This document shows, one piece after another, positions 7,598 to 15,576 of a stretch of 28,727 bases of DNA; the stretch's first letter is position 1; each line of letters begins with the position of its first letter. Origin of the DNA: a virus (lineage: Duplodnaviria; Caudoviricetes); the IMG/VR virus record IMGVR_UViG_3300020045_011467, positions 1-28,727 of that record. The stretch is one strand, 5' to 3'. Made by a program: the position numbers and the translations under genes. The notes beneath the pieces are model-generated. The model was not told the origin of the DNA. It did not search any database and saw only the letters and a program-made list of their open reading frames with translations.

Positions 7598-8632
7598 TTA
7601 CTTCGGTTGGATCGCTGCCCAGGTAGCCTCTACCTGAGTAGTCAGTTCCTCTACGGTCTTGGGGTTATTGTCGAGGATGCGCTTAATCAGGTCTTCCAAT
7701 AGTTTTTGCAGGGTGCCATCCTGGAGCCACTTTTCCAGCTGGCCCTTGAGCATGTTCAGCAGCATTTGCAGCATGAAATTCATTGCATTGCCTCCACTAG
7801 GACTAGGGTTGGGAATAGGTGAGGGCGGAATTACATCAGGTAGGGCACTATGGGTAATGGTCCAAAAATCCCCCGAAAGTTGTGGATTGGTTAGGTAAGC
7901 AAAGGGAATATACCCGTAACCACCTTGCCCCCAACCTGTTCCCCAGCTGTTACGGAGCTTGAAAAGTTGTGTGGTTTGATTATAGCCCACAATCAACACA
8001 TCATGCCCACCACGTTGGCTATCCATGCGCGTAGGCATAGGTATGATACCGGTCATCTCTACCTGTTTGCTCTCCAAGCTGCTATACACGCTAAAGCCGG
8101 CTATGAACGGATCACCACCAGCTAAGCAAGCCAGCATAGTATTCAGATTTTGGGGTACACTTTGGTACAGGCCAATCTTCCGTTTTGCTGCACTCTGGAA
8201 AGCAGTTTGGCTAGGTATCCTACGAAACGGGTCGCTTATACTACCCGTGTTCTGGTCGCTATACGGGTGCAAGGTTTCATCACACCAGCCATACCTGGCC
8301 AGAGCCTTGAGCATATCACGATTGGATACCCCGCTATCTGATCGTAGCGTACCCATCAACTGGCGGGTGCAATAGTAGATGAAGAGCCTACTAGGCATTG
8401 GTACGCTAGCAATCTTCTGTTGCTTCAAGGCGGCAAAGACAATATCGGCAGCTGCTGTGTGAGGCCCGCAACTCCCCAAGCGCTGCTGTGAGTAAACCGG
8501 GTTGAAAGGCGTGCCTACGTCCGCGCTTAGGTCTACCGATACTGGCAAGGCATCGGCGGCTACCAAGGGGGCACTATAGATAATATCCCGAAAATCTGGC
8601 TTGCTGGGCACCCAGCCATAAGAGTAATCCAT
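7598..8632 (-). CDS. Papain-like cysteine peptidase (family C1A) with C-terminal helical extension
   Basis: QQRLGSC (oxyanion Q and catalytic C), SRLFIYY, GGHDVLIVGY (catalytic H), RNSWG (catalytic N), WG..GY. Confidence 0.92.
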   Translation of the reverse strand: MDYSYGWVPSKPDFRDIIYSAPLVAADALPVSVDLSADVGTPFNPVYSQQRLGSCGPHTAAADIVFAALKQQKIASVPMPSRLFIYYCTRQLMGTLRSDSGVSNRDMLKALARYGWCDETLHPYSDQNTGSISDPFRRIPSQTAFQSAAKRKIGLYQSVPQNLNTMLACLAGGDPFIAGFSVYSSLESKQVEMTGIIPMPTRMDSQRGGHDVLIVGYNQTTQLFKLRNSWGTGWGQGGYGYIPFAYLTNPQLSGDFWTITHSALPDVIPPSPIPNPSPSGGNAMNFMLQMLLNMLKGQLEKWLQDGTLQKLLEDLIKRILDNNPKTVEELTTQVEATWAAIQPK

Positions 8633-8648
8633 TGTTCACCTGGGTAAG

Positions 8649-8948
8649 TTACCAAGTATGACCACACAAATCGCAATCGTGGTGACTGTCATTATTCCCT
8701 GAAGGATCGGCGTGATAGGTAGAAACCGGATGGGGGCATTTCTTACAGTTCATATGCTCCCTATCAGATATTTCCTGTAAGGTTTTTTGGTAGCTCTTCT
8801 GGGCTACCTCTTTGGCTTTATCACAAGCCAACTTAGTTTCCCTGATCTTTTGCAGCTGGTCTAAGAGGGTAACTACCTCTTTAGCTTGTTCCTCACTCTT
8901 CGAGGTCTTGGCTAGTACCCAATCCATCAATTCTTCTGAGACGCGCAT
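8649..8948 (-). CDS. Hypothetical coiled-coil protein with C-terminal Cys/His cluster
   Basis: Tight operon packing; C..CPH...CDLCG. Confidence 0.7.
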   Translation of the reverse strand: MRVSEELMDWVLAKTSKSEEQAKEVVTLLDQLQKIRETKLACDKAKEVAQKSYQKTLQEISDREHMNCKKCPHPVSTYHADPSGNNDSHHDCDLCGHTW

Positions 8949-8951
8949 AGG

Positions 8952-9335
8952 TCACGCTTTCTGGCAGTGTAAGGCTGCCCCGTCTAGTCGATAGTTGGTA
9001 TTGTCTATAACAATAAAAGCACCATTCGGCATATGGCACGCAACAGGGACCAATGTACCGGCTAGAGGCCCATCAACGATAGTTACTAGGCGCGTATCAT
9101 TAGGGTCATCCTGAAAGTAAGCCTCATCTACGATCTTAGGGGCCAGCTGGCGGGGTGCTTCTCCCAGGATAAGCGAGGGCTTTACTGCTGGCTCTGCCAA
9201 GCCCTTTTCCAGTTCCAAGAGCTTACGCAACCAATCGACCACGATAACACCCTGGGCGAAGTTGTTCGGGCTCTCCAACCACTTGTTAGCCTCGGCTTGC
9301 ATATCTTCAATCAGGTTCCGCAATTGTGCTGCCAT
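8952..9335 (-). CDS. Hypothetical protein
   Basis: GAGG RBS; 127 aa; 3 nt from the next gene. Confidence 0.7.
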   Translation of the reverse strand: MAAQLRNLIEDMQAEANKWLESPNNFAQGVIVVDWLRKLLELEKGLAEPAVKPSLILGEAPRQLAPKIVDEAYFQDDPNDTRLVTIVDGPLAGTLVPVACHMPNGAFIVIDNTNYRLDGAALHCQKA

Positions 9336-9343
9336 TGTTACCT

Positions 9344-9364
9344 CTATTATATACTACCTTGCAA
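9344..9364 (-). promoter_or_regulatory. 21-bp promoter-like motif, copy 1 (TTGCAAGGTAGTATATAATAG)
   Basis: 16 of 21 positions are identical across the three copies; contains TATAAT just upstream of an RBS. Confidence 0.55.
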
Positions 9365-9571
9365 TAGGATCATCACTCGCCCGCAGCTGCATTTGATACG
9401 GTCCGCCTCCCCCTCACGTTGTTCCAGCGTAGCATTGTTTAAGGGAACTATGGTTTTCTCCAGGCTCCATTCGTGCCGGGCAAAATCCAGGGAATCCTTG
9501 GCAATAGGCTTATCACAACCCGTACAGTAATGAAGGCCCTTCAGATGGATTTTCTTTTTGTGCTTTTTCAT
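9347..9571 (-). CDS. Small zinc-finger protein
   Basis: ATGA overlap with the terL stop; CTGC...CSC; basic N-terminus. Confidence 0.65.
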   Translation of the reverse strand: MKKHKKKIHLKGLHYCTGCDKPIAKDSLDFARHEWSLEKTIVPLNNATLEQREGEADRIKCSCGRVMILLQGSI

Positions 9572-11568
9572 ATCACCATTCCTCTAGTGCTCTTGAATAA
9601 ATCGTAGATATGCGCGTTAGGTGCCTTGTCGCCTACCGTACCTTCCTCTCCCACATGGTCAATAACTGTGGTAGCCCAGTTGGTAGTTTTACAGTAAGCA
9701 ATTGCCAGGCTTAAAGCCTTATTGAGAGTATCATCACACAAGACTAAGGTTTGCCAGGGCACATCCCTCTTCCTGAGAATAAAGGCCCAGAGCCTCTTAC
9801 AATGTTCGCGCGTTAGCACTACCTCTGAAGGAAGGCACCCATAAGCCTCCATAGGCACTTGCCAGCGGTCTTGCATCACCTCCGGGCTAATGTCCGCAAA
9901 GGTTATGAAGAGCTTATCCAATAGCTTGGCAAGGCCATGCGGGGGTTCTTTGGTTTCCTTCTCTTCACCTACTTTAAGTGGCTCACAGAGGTGGATGAGC
10001 AAGGCTTGCTCTTCTACCTGTAGGCACGCTAGTTGTTGCCTATTGCACACCATGATTCTGATACTATCCTTGGCTCTGGGTCGAACATTAAAGACTTTGA
10101 GTGTACCGGCCATAGGCTTTTGCAGCAGCTTGTTGAAGGCCCCACTAAAGCTATCCACCCTATCTTTGAGCCTGGCATTCGGAAACGCACATAGCTCCTT
10201 AATCCATGCTGGTATATCCCAGGAACCATCCTCGATAAGGTAGACATTCCCCGCCGCACACTGAGCAGCAACCGGCCTGGCTCTGGCTTCCTTATCTCCT
10301 GTGGGTCTGTCGGGGTGGACCCTAAAGCCTGCTAGATAACTAGCCGCATACTTGTAGGCATCCACGCCACTAGAGCCGCCTTCATGCTCCAGGTATATAT
10401 CAGGCTCCTGATGGGGGCCATATCTGACCCTATCCCGTAAAGCTACTGCCTTGATATTCTCCAATCTCTCCCTTGGTTCCCATTGCCCAACCACCACATT
10501 CTCTACAAACCAATCCCCGTTATCATCCCTGGAAAGTAAGGTGCCCGCCGTGTTGCAAGCACTGTTACTAACTGTTGCTGCTAAGTCCCAATAACGTAGG
10601 CGCGTAGCCTTATATGGTGCTGCTGCTCTCCGGTGGGTAAAGTAAGCCTCCTTAAATAACCCACCCCCAGCGGGATGAGGTGCCTGTAAGAATTGGCCGG
10701 CGTAACCGTACTCTCCTAACCTTAGCCGCTCTTGCAACAAGACCGACTTGGGCATCCGTATAGGGTCCAAGAGACCATCAACATAGAACTCCCTCAGCTC
10801 TAATGGCTTGACATTATCTGTTAGTTCCGCTGGTAAGCAAATATGCTTAACGGGTAGACCACTAGCTAACAAGTGTCCCGTGCTATCGTTTTCATGGAGT
10901 CTCTGCTGGACCAACACCATCGTACTGACCAGCTTATCTACCTTGCGGCTCGGTAAGATATGGTCCATCCAATAATGAACCGTTTTAGAATCCGCCTCCG
11001 ATAAAACCTGTAAGGGGTCCTCTGGATCATCCGCGCATAGAACGTGGCCGTGCAATCCTAACACACTACCACACACACCTACCGCATAGCGCATACCACC
11101 ACTATTGTTAGCAAAGTAACCCTTGGAATCCTGGTCTTTCCTGAGAGAAAGGCTAGGCCAATGGTCCCTAAACCATTCGCTCCGAACAATATCCCGGCTC
11201 TTGCGGCTAAGGTCTAGAGCTAGAAAGTGTGTGTAACTACCGCATATAGTGCGCATACTAGGCATACGGACCCAGCACCAGATAGGCAAACAGATACTGG
11301 CAACTACGCTTTTGGTTGTGCCTGGAGGCTGGTTGATGACAAGTGTGTACTCCGCCGGCTTACCCTCAAAGACCCTTTCGGCTACTGTTTGTAACTCCTT
11401 ACATAAGTAGGGGATATGCCAATTCCACACAGGCTTCTCATGGGTGATAACTGGCCAAGCGGCCCGAACGAATTCGTAAAAGTCATCCCGATAAGCCAAT
11501 GCCTCCAACTGGTTTTGCAGGCTGGGGATAGCTAATAGGCGCCGAATTGATTTTGTGGCACTGGCCAT
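9568..11568 (-). CDS. terL: Terminase large subunit with extra C-terminal domain
   Basis: NWHI block, Walker A-like PPGTTKS, Walker B-like LCADDP, QQRLHEND coupling motif, YAGQFLQAP, nuclease RYWDLA, GDKEARA and FPNARLKDRVDS. Confidence 0.93.
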   Translation of the reverse strand: MASATKSIRRLLAIPSLQNQLEALAYRDDFYEFVRAAWPVITHEKPVWNWHIPYLCKELQTVAERVFEGKPAEYTLVINQPPGTTKSVVASICLPIWCWVRMPSMRTICGSYTHFLALDLSRKSRDIVRSEWFRDHWPSLSLRKDQDSKGYFANNSGGMRYAVGVCGSVLGLHGHVLCADDPEDPLQVLSEADSKTVHYWMDHILPSRKVDKLVSTMVLVQQRLHENDSTGHLLASGLPVKHICLPAELTDNVKPLELREFYVDGLLDPIRMPKSVLLQERLRLGEYGYAGQFLQAPHPAGGGLFKEAYFTHRRAAAPYKATRLRYWDLAATVSNSACNTAGTLLSRDDNGDWFVENVVVGQWEPRERLENIKAVALRDRVRYGPHQEPDIYLEHEGGSSGVDAYKYAASYLAGFRVHPDRPTGDKEARARPVAAQCAAGNVYLIEDGSWDIPAWIKELCAFPNARLKDRVDSFSGAFNKLLQKPMAGTLKVFNVRPRAKDSIRIMVCNRQQLACLQVEEQALLIHLCEPLKVGEEKETKEPPHGLAKLLDKLFITFADISPEVMQDRWQVPMEAYGCLPSEVVLTREHCKRLWAFILRKRDVPWQTLVLCDDTLNKALSLAIAYCKTTNWATTVIDHVGEEGTVGDKAPNAHIYDLFKSTRGMVI

Positions 11569-11571
11569 AGG

Positions 11572-12324
11572 TTAGACCGCAATGAAAAGAAGATCAAGAC
11601 CCCGTAAAATCTCAAGGCTTTCCTCCTCGTTGGCATTGAAGAAATCATCCCATTTCCTCTTTATGTCCTCTACAGCCTTAGACATCTCTTCATCTAAAAT
11701 TGCATAACTATCCTTATTAAGGTTTTCGACCTTAATAGGTGAGTCATAGTCCCACTCCGCTACGGAGCACCATTTGTCTATAATCTTTTCAAAGACTGTC
11801 CGATACAAATCTGGATCAAAGTAGTGCTCCCATATAAACTCTTCATCTTTTTCTGTAGGTATTTTTTTGAATTCAGTCTCTAGCCAGGAAAAGTCATGAT
11901 AGGCTTCTTCTACTTGTTGATAGTGAAAATATGCGGAGTGCCCATAGCTTAGGTCATCCTTTATCCTGTTTATAGGTATGACTAGAGAATTGTAATCAGG
12001 AAACATCGCTTCAACGCCTCGATATTGTTGTTCTCCATTACCTAAAATAGGGGTCCTGAAAATGCTTCCACCCTCTTCATAGACGACATAGAAAAGAGTG
12101 TCCTTTGGTGATTCTTTCCAGGTATAGTTGACCCACCCCCACGGCTCTGCTGCTAGCGTACCATCGAAATGGAAAATAGGTTTCTCTTCTATCTGCCTAA
12201 ACATGGACATAGTTACTTGTTTCTTACCTACCCTCATTACCTTAACATCTACTTTCAGAGTACTAACAGAAGCGCGGTTCATTACTTTCATCGTGGTCTC
12301 CTGTGTTGTAGCACTGGTGTTCAT
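11572..12324 (-). CDS. Hypothetical acidic protein, AT-rich gene
   Basis: 250-aa ORF packed 3 nt from both neighbours; visibly more AT-rich than the flanks. Confidence 0.8.
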   Translation of the reverse strand: MNTSATTQETTMKVMNRASVSTLKVDVKVMRVGKKQVTMSMFRQIEEKPIFHFDGTLAAEPWGWVNYTWKESPKDTLFYVVYEEGGSIFRTPILGNGEQQYRGVEAMFPDYNSLVIPINRIKDDLSYGHSAYFHYQQVEEAYHDFSWLETEFKKIPTEKDEEFIWEHYFDPDLYRTVFEKIIDKWCSVAEWDYDSPIKVENLNKDSYAILDEEMSKAVEDIKRKWDDFFNANEEESLEILRGLDLLFIAV

Positions 12325-12327
12325 ACC

Positions 12328-12852
12328 TTAATTGACCTTAGGTTCTTCGCGCCTACGGATAAACTCCAGGAGCTTAGCCCTCAAGTCTGCTGGTAGTTCT
12401 TCTAGGTTGATACCTGTATGCTTGGGTTGATCCTGGGGAACGTTATTAACAAGAATGCGCGGGCCATCCCTATACATCTCAGGTTTCAAGCCCTTCAACC
12501 GGAAACAAGCCGCTGCTATGTTCCCGGCAATAGCCGATTGGTGTACCGACCCCTCAAGAATCTCAATCGCTACCTTCTGGGCTTGCTTGAAAGCCTTTCG
12601 ATAGTTTTCTTCCTTCATCCACCGCCTATGATTTTGGCGAACCATCTTTACCGCCAGAGCAGCATGAAGAACACTCCCCAGGTTGACATAAGCAGCCAAA
12701 AACATCCGTTGGTTCACGGTCAACCGCTCATCAAACTGGTTTATCTCAGCCTTCGTCGGGGCTTTTAACGACGCCTTCTTTTCCGCATCTTCATTTTTCT
12801 TCCGTTTGGTGCTACGGCCACTAGGTGTACCAAAAGGTCGGTTTCGGCGCAT
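12328..12852 (-). CDS. Probable terminase small subunit (HTH)
   Basis: AGGAGG RBS before ATG 12852; QRMFLAAY..LGSV..AA.....R....RW...YRKAF and LKG.KPE.YRD blocks; upstream of terL. Confidence 0.72.
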   Translation of the reverse strand: MRRNRPFGTPSGRSTKRKKNEDAEKKASLKAPTKAEINQFDERLTVNQRMFLAAYVNLGSVLHAALAVKMVRQNHRRWMKEENYRKAFKQAQKVAIEILEGSVHQSAIAGNIAAACFRLKGLKPEMYRDGPRILVNNVPQDQPKHTGINLEELPADLRAKLLEFIRRREEPKVN

Positions 12853-12870
12853 ATCATATCCTCCTGTCAA

Positions 12871-13194
12871 TCAAGAAAAAATCCAGTTGCGGGCAATCAA
12901 TTCACTCAAGGGCCAACCTACCGTTTCCTGGGGGTGTAGAATTCCTTCTCTAGGTTTCTTCTCTAGTTTACCATCCTCAATACGCCATATCTGGGTGAAG
13001 TTTATACGGTTGATCAAGTCGGGGCTGTTGGTCCAGATAACTAGCCCTTCCCCCTCTACTCCATACAGCTCATTGCAAAATTCATTGACCATCGGTAAGT
13101 CCATATTAGCGGTCGGTTCTACCCAAACCAATACGGTATCTGCGAAGATTGCTTCTTTATTCCTATCAGTTAGTGCCCCTGTAAGTAGGATCAT
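12871..13194 (-). CDS. Hypothetical protein
   Basis: 107-aa ORF in operon orientation. Confidence 0.65.
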   Translation of the reverse strand: MILLTGALTDRNKEAIFADTVLVWVEPTANMDLPMVNEFCNELYGVEGEGLVIWTNSPDLINRINFTQIWRIEDGKLEKKPREGILHPQETVGWPLSELIARNWIFS

Positions 13195-13218
13195 AGATTA
13201 GGCTCTGAGTGAAAGAGG

Positions 13219-13425
13219 TTAGCTAGGCGTCACAGAATACCTACGCCCACCGTTGGCAATCTTGTTTATACCGCTGGTCGGCTTTAGGTCTGGATAGGGC
13301 CAGTTTATTGCTCCAGGGTGCTTCACAACAATAACAAGCATTCCGGGTTCCTGCCCATCAATCACACCGAATTCAGTCCCGTCAGCAGCTACTACCTGCA
13401 CTTCTTTCAAGTTCATACTTTGCAT
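13219..13425 (-). CDS. Hypothetical protein
   Basis: 68-aa ORF filling the gap in operon orientation. Confidence 0.6.
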   Translation of the reverse strand: MQSMNLKEVQVVAADGTEFGVIDGQEPGMLVIVVKHPGAINWPYPDLKPTSGINKIANGGRRYSVTPS

Positions 13426-13446
13426 TGTTCATGCCCCTGAATAAAA

Positions 13447-13674
13447 TCATAAGGAAGTATGTATCCGTTTGGGCTGGGCTTTTGAGTTTAACAAGTCTTC
13501 AATCGTGCAACCTAGAGCCCTGGCTATTTCAATCAATTGGCTGGTCGTTGGCTCTGTTTTGTCATGCTCCCAATTATCAATCGTATTACGATGGACAAAG
13601 AGCCTGAGAGCAAGCCAAGCGGCCGAAGCTCCTATGGCCTTACGTTGGGCCTTGATAGCTTTACCAATTTTCAT
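13447..13674 (-). CDS. XRE-family (Cro/CI-type) HTH regulator
   Basis: IGKAIKAQRK...LA.RLFVHRNTIDNWE..KTEP....L.EIARALGCTIEDL; GAGG RBS. Confidence 0.92.
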   Translation of the reverse strand: MKIGKAIKAQRKAIGASAAWLALRLFVHRNTIDNWEHDKTEPTTSQLIEIARALGCTIEDLLNSKAQPKRIHTSL

Positions 13675-13676
13675 AG

Positions 13677-15032
13677 CTACCTCTTCAGCAAGCTAGTGCC
13701 ACGGATCGTATTACCTACTTCGCGCGGAACTAGGTGGGCTAAGCCGGGCCTCCCTAAACAGTCGGTTATTATACGCTTGGCTGCGTGGTCCTGTAAATAT
13801 GTTTCCGATAAGTCAATGCCGATGCTATGCCTACCATGCACCAAGGCAACGCTACAGGTAGTTCCGGAGCCTACGAAAATATCCATCACGGTGCAAGGCT
13901 TTACCTGGCTATTGCACTTGCAGCCCGGCTCCCAACCTGTGGTTTTCGTCTGAGCATCTCCAAACCTTAGCCCCGATGCTAACTCACCATTTGTTTCTGC
14001 TCGATCTACCACCCTCTCCCACGGGCTACCGCACTTCGCACAGCAGCCATGCTCGCTAGTAGCACACTTGATAATAGTCTCCACCAAGGCTTCGGGAAAA
14101 GTTGCGAAGTGACTACCCGGATATGGGCTTGATGACAAAGACCAAACATCTTCTTTATTGGTTGCTTCCTCTAAGTATTGGCTTAGCACTTCCGGAGCTT
14201 TGTCGGATAGCCAGGCCAAGACTTCCTGAGAAGTGATAGACCAGACGGAACGCTTGTTTCTTTTACTGCCATCCCTGTTTTGTGGTTGCCCAGCACCCTC
14301 TCCCCATTTGTTCCTACCGTCTATTTGCCAGGCCCCATCCGATCCATAGGGCTTACGAACGTCCCCTGTTATACTGCCTTCCTTCACCGCCTCCATATCA
14401 CAATAGTACCCAGGCTTCTTAGCCAGCATGAAAACGTATTCGTGGGCCTTCGTAAACCTATTCCTTACACTTTCTGGCATCGTATTTCTTTTGGCCCAAA
14501 TTATGTCTTGCCTGAGTATCCACTCATCCGCCTGCAAGGCCAGAGCAACCCGCCAAGGTATGCCAACTAAATTACCTTGAGGTATCCCAGTGTTCATTTT
14601 TCTGTTTTTACGGGGAAGAGCATCATGCTTAATGGCATTGCTTCCAGTAAACCATTGCCCCTCTTTCTGGTCGTGCCTACCAACTTCTCCGCTGGCGTAA
14701 GAATCCCCCAAGTTAAGAAAGCAAAGCCCATTATCCCTTAGCACCCTACGCGCTTCCCTGAAAACCAGAACCAACCGGCACACAAAGCAACCAGTTTGCC
14801 AATCCTGCTCCGCACAATTGCCATTGATCCTACCGCAATCCGGATTAGCCTCGGAGCCTAGTTGCCCCTCTACTTGATAGTCTCGGAGATTCCAATACGG
14901 GGGCGAGGTTGCTATACACTGCACGGAACCACTAGGTAGCCTCTGTAAGACTTTTAGGGTATCACCCTGATAAAGCCTTACCGTCTCTTTGTCCGTGGTT
15001 GTCCAGCTAGGTTTGATAGGTAGTAGAGGCAT
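13677..15032 (-). CDS. DNA methyltransferase, N6/N4 family (beta order, SPPY: probably m4C)
   Basis: GD.L..L, TSPPYW (motif IV), LNLGDSY, HFATFP, DIFVGSGTT (motif I). Confidence 0.93.
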   Translation of the reverse strand: MPLLPIKPSWTTTDKETVRLYQGDTLKVLQRLPSGSVQCIATSPPYWNLRDYQVEGQLGSEANPDCGRINGNCAEQDWQTGCFVCRLVLVFREARRVLRDNGLCFLNLGDSYASGEVGRHDQKEGQWFTGSNAIKHDALPRKNRKMNTGIPQGNLVGIPWRVALALQADEWILRQDIIWAKRNTMPESVRNRFTKAHEYVFMLAKKPGYYCDMEAVKEGSITGDVRKPYGSDGAWQIDGRNKWGEGAGQPQNRDGSKRNKRSVWSITSQEVLAWLSDKAPEVLSQYLEEATNKEDVWSLSSSPYPGSHFATFPEALVETIIKCATSEHGCCAKCGSPWERVVDRAETNGELASGLRFGDAQTKTTGWEPGCKCNSQVKPCTVMDIFVGSGTTCSVALVHGRHSIGIDLSETYLQDHAAKRIITDCLGRPGLAHLVPREVGNTIRGTSLLKR

Positions 15033-15040
15033 ATAACACC

Positions 15041-15427
15041 TTAGACGTTTTGGAAGTCCCTTACCATCGTGGCAATCAAACTGTCATAGCTTCCTAACCA
15101 CCTACGATACTCAAAGTGTCCAGCAACCGCCATACGGCTTTTACAGCCCTTGTTATTCCAGGTGGTAATAACCTTCTGTACGCTTTCCGTGGCTAGCTTA
15201 AATGCTTCCCCCACACTCTGGCCCTTGCGAATAGCATGGAGAAAATCTGTGATAGCAACCCACTCAAAGAAACCATCCATATCCGCACTGCCTACTGCAA
15301 CCATATTACTCGGTGGAGTTAGCCTTCGGTGCTCAGCTAAGGCCCTATCCGCGCGTTCCTGCCATTTCCTGAGTAAAACATTCTTGGGGCTATTTTGGCC
15401 TTTCCAGGCTTCTCCTACTTTTGGCAT
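15041..15427 (-). CDS. Hypothetical protein
   Basis: GGAG RBS; 128 aa. Confidence 0.7.
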   Translation of the reverse strand: MPKVGEAWKGQNSPKNVLLRKWQERADRALAEHRRLTPPSNMVAVGSADMDGFFEWVAITDFLHAIRKGQSVGEAFKLATESVQKVITTWNNKGCKSRMAVAGHFEYRRWLGSYDSLIATMVRDFQNV

Positions 15428-15573
15428 AGTAAGTTCTCCAAGGCGCTTTTGTCGGCTCTTAACCCTTCTACTTCCTCTTGAAGATGTTCTATCTGGTCTT
15501 TCAATCCCCTTACTTGTTCTTAGTATTCTCCTATCTTAAACTCTAGTTCTGCTATCCTTTCACGCTCATTCAT
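15415..15573 (-). pseudogene. Small coiled-coil gene interrupted by an in-frame TAA (15522-15520)
   Basis: MNERERIAELEFKIGEY*EQVRGLKDQIEHLQEEVEGLRADKSALENLLCQK*; fills the gap, and the heptad pattern continues across the stop. Confidence 0.55.
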
Positions 15574-15576
15574 AGC

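Noticed and set aside
15520-15522. Stop-codon reassignment
   Set aside because: TAA, TAG and TGA all end well-supported, tightly packed genes; one interrupted mini-gene is not evidence of recoding.
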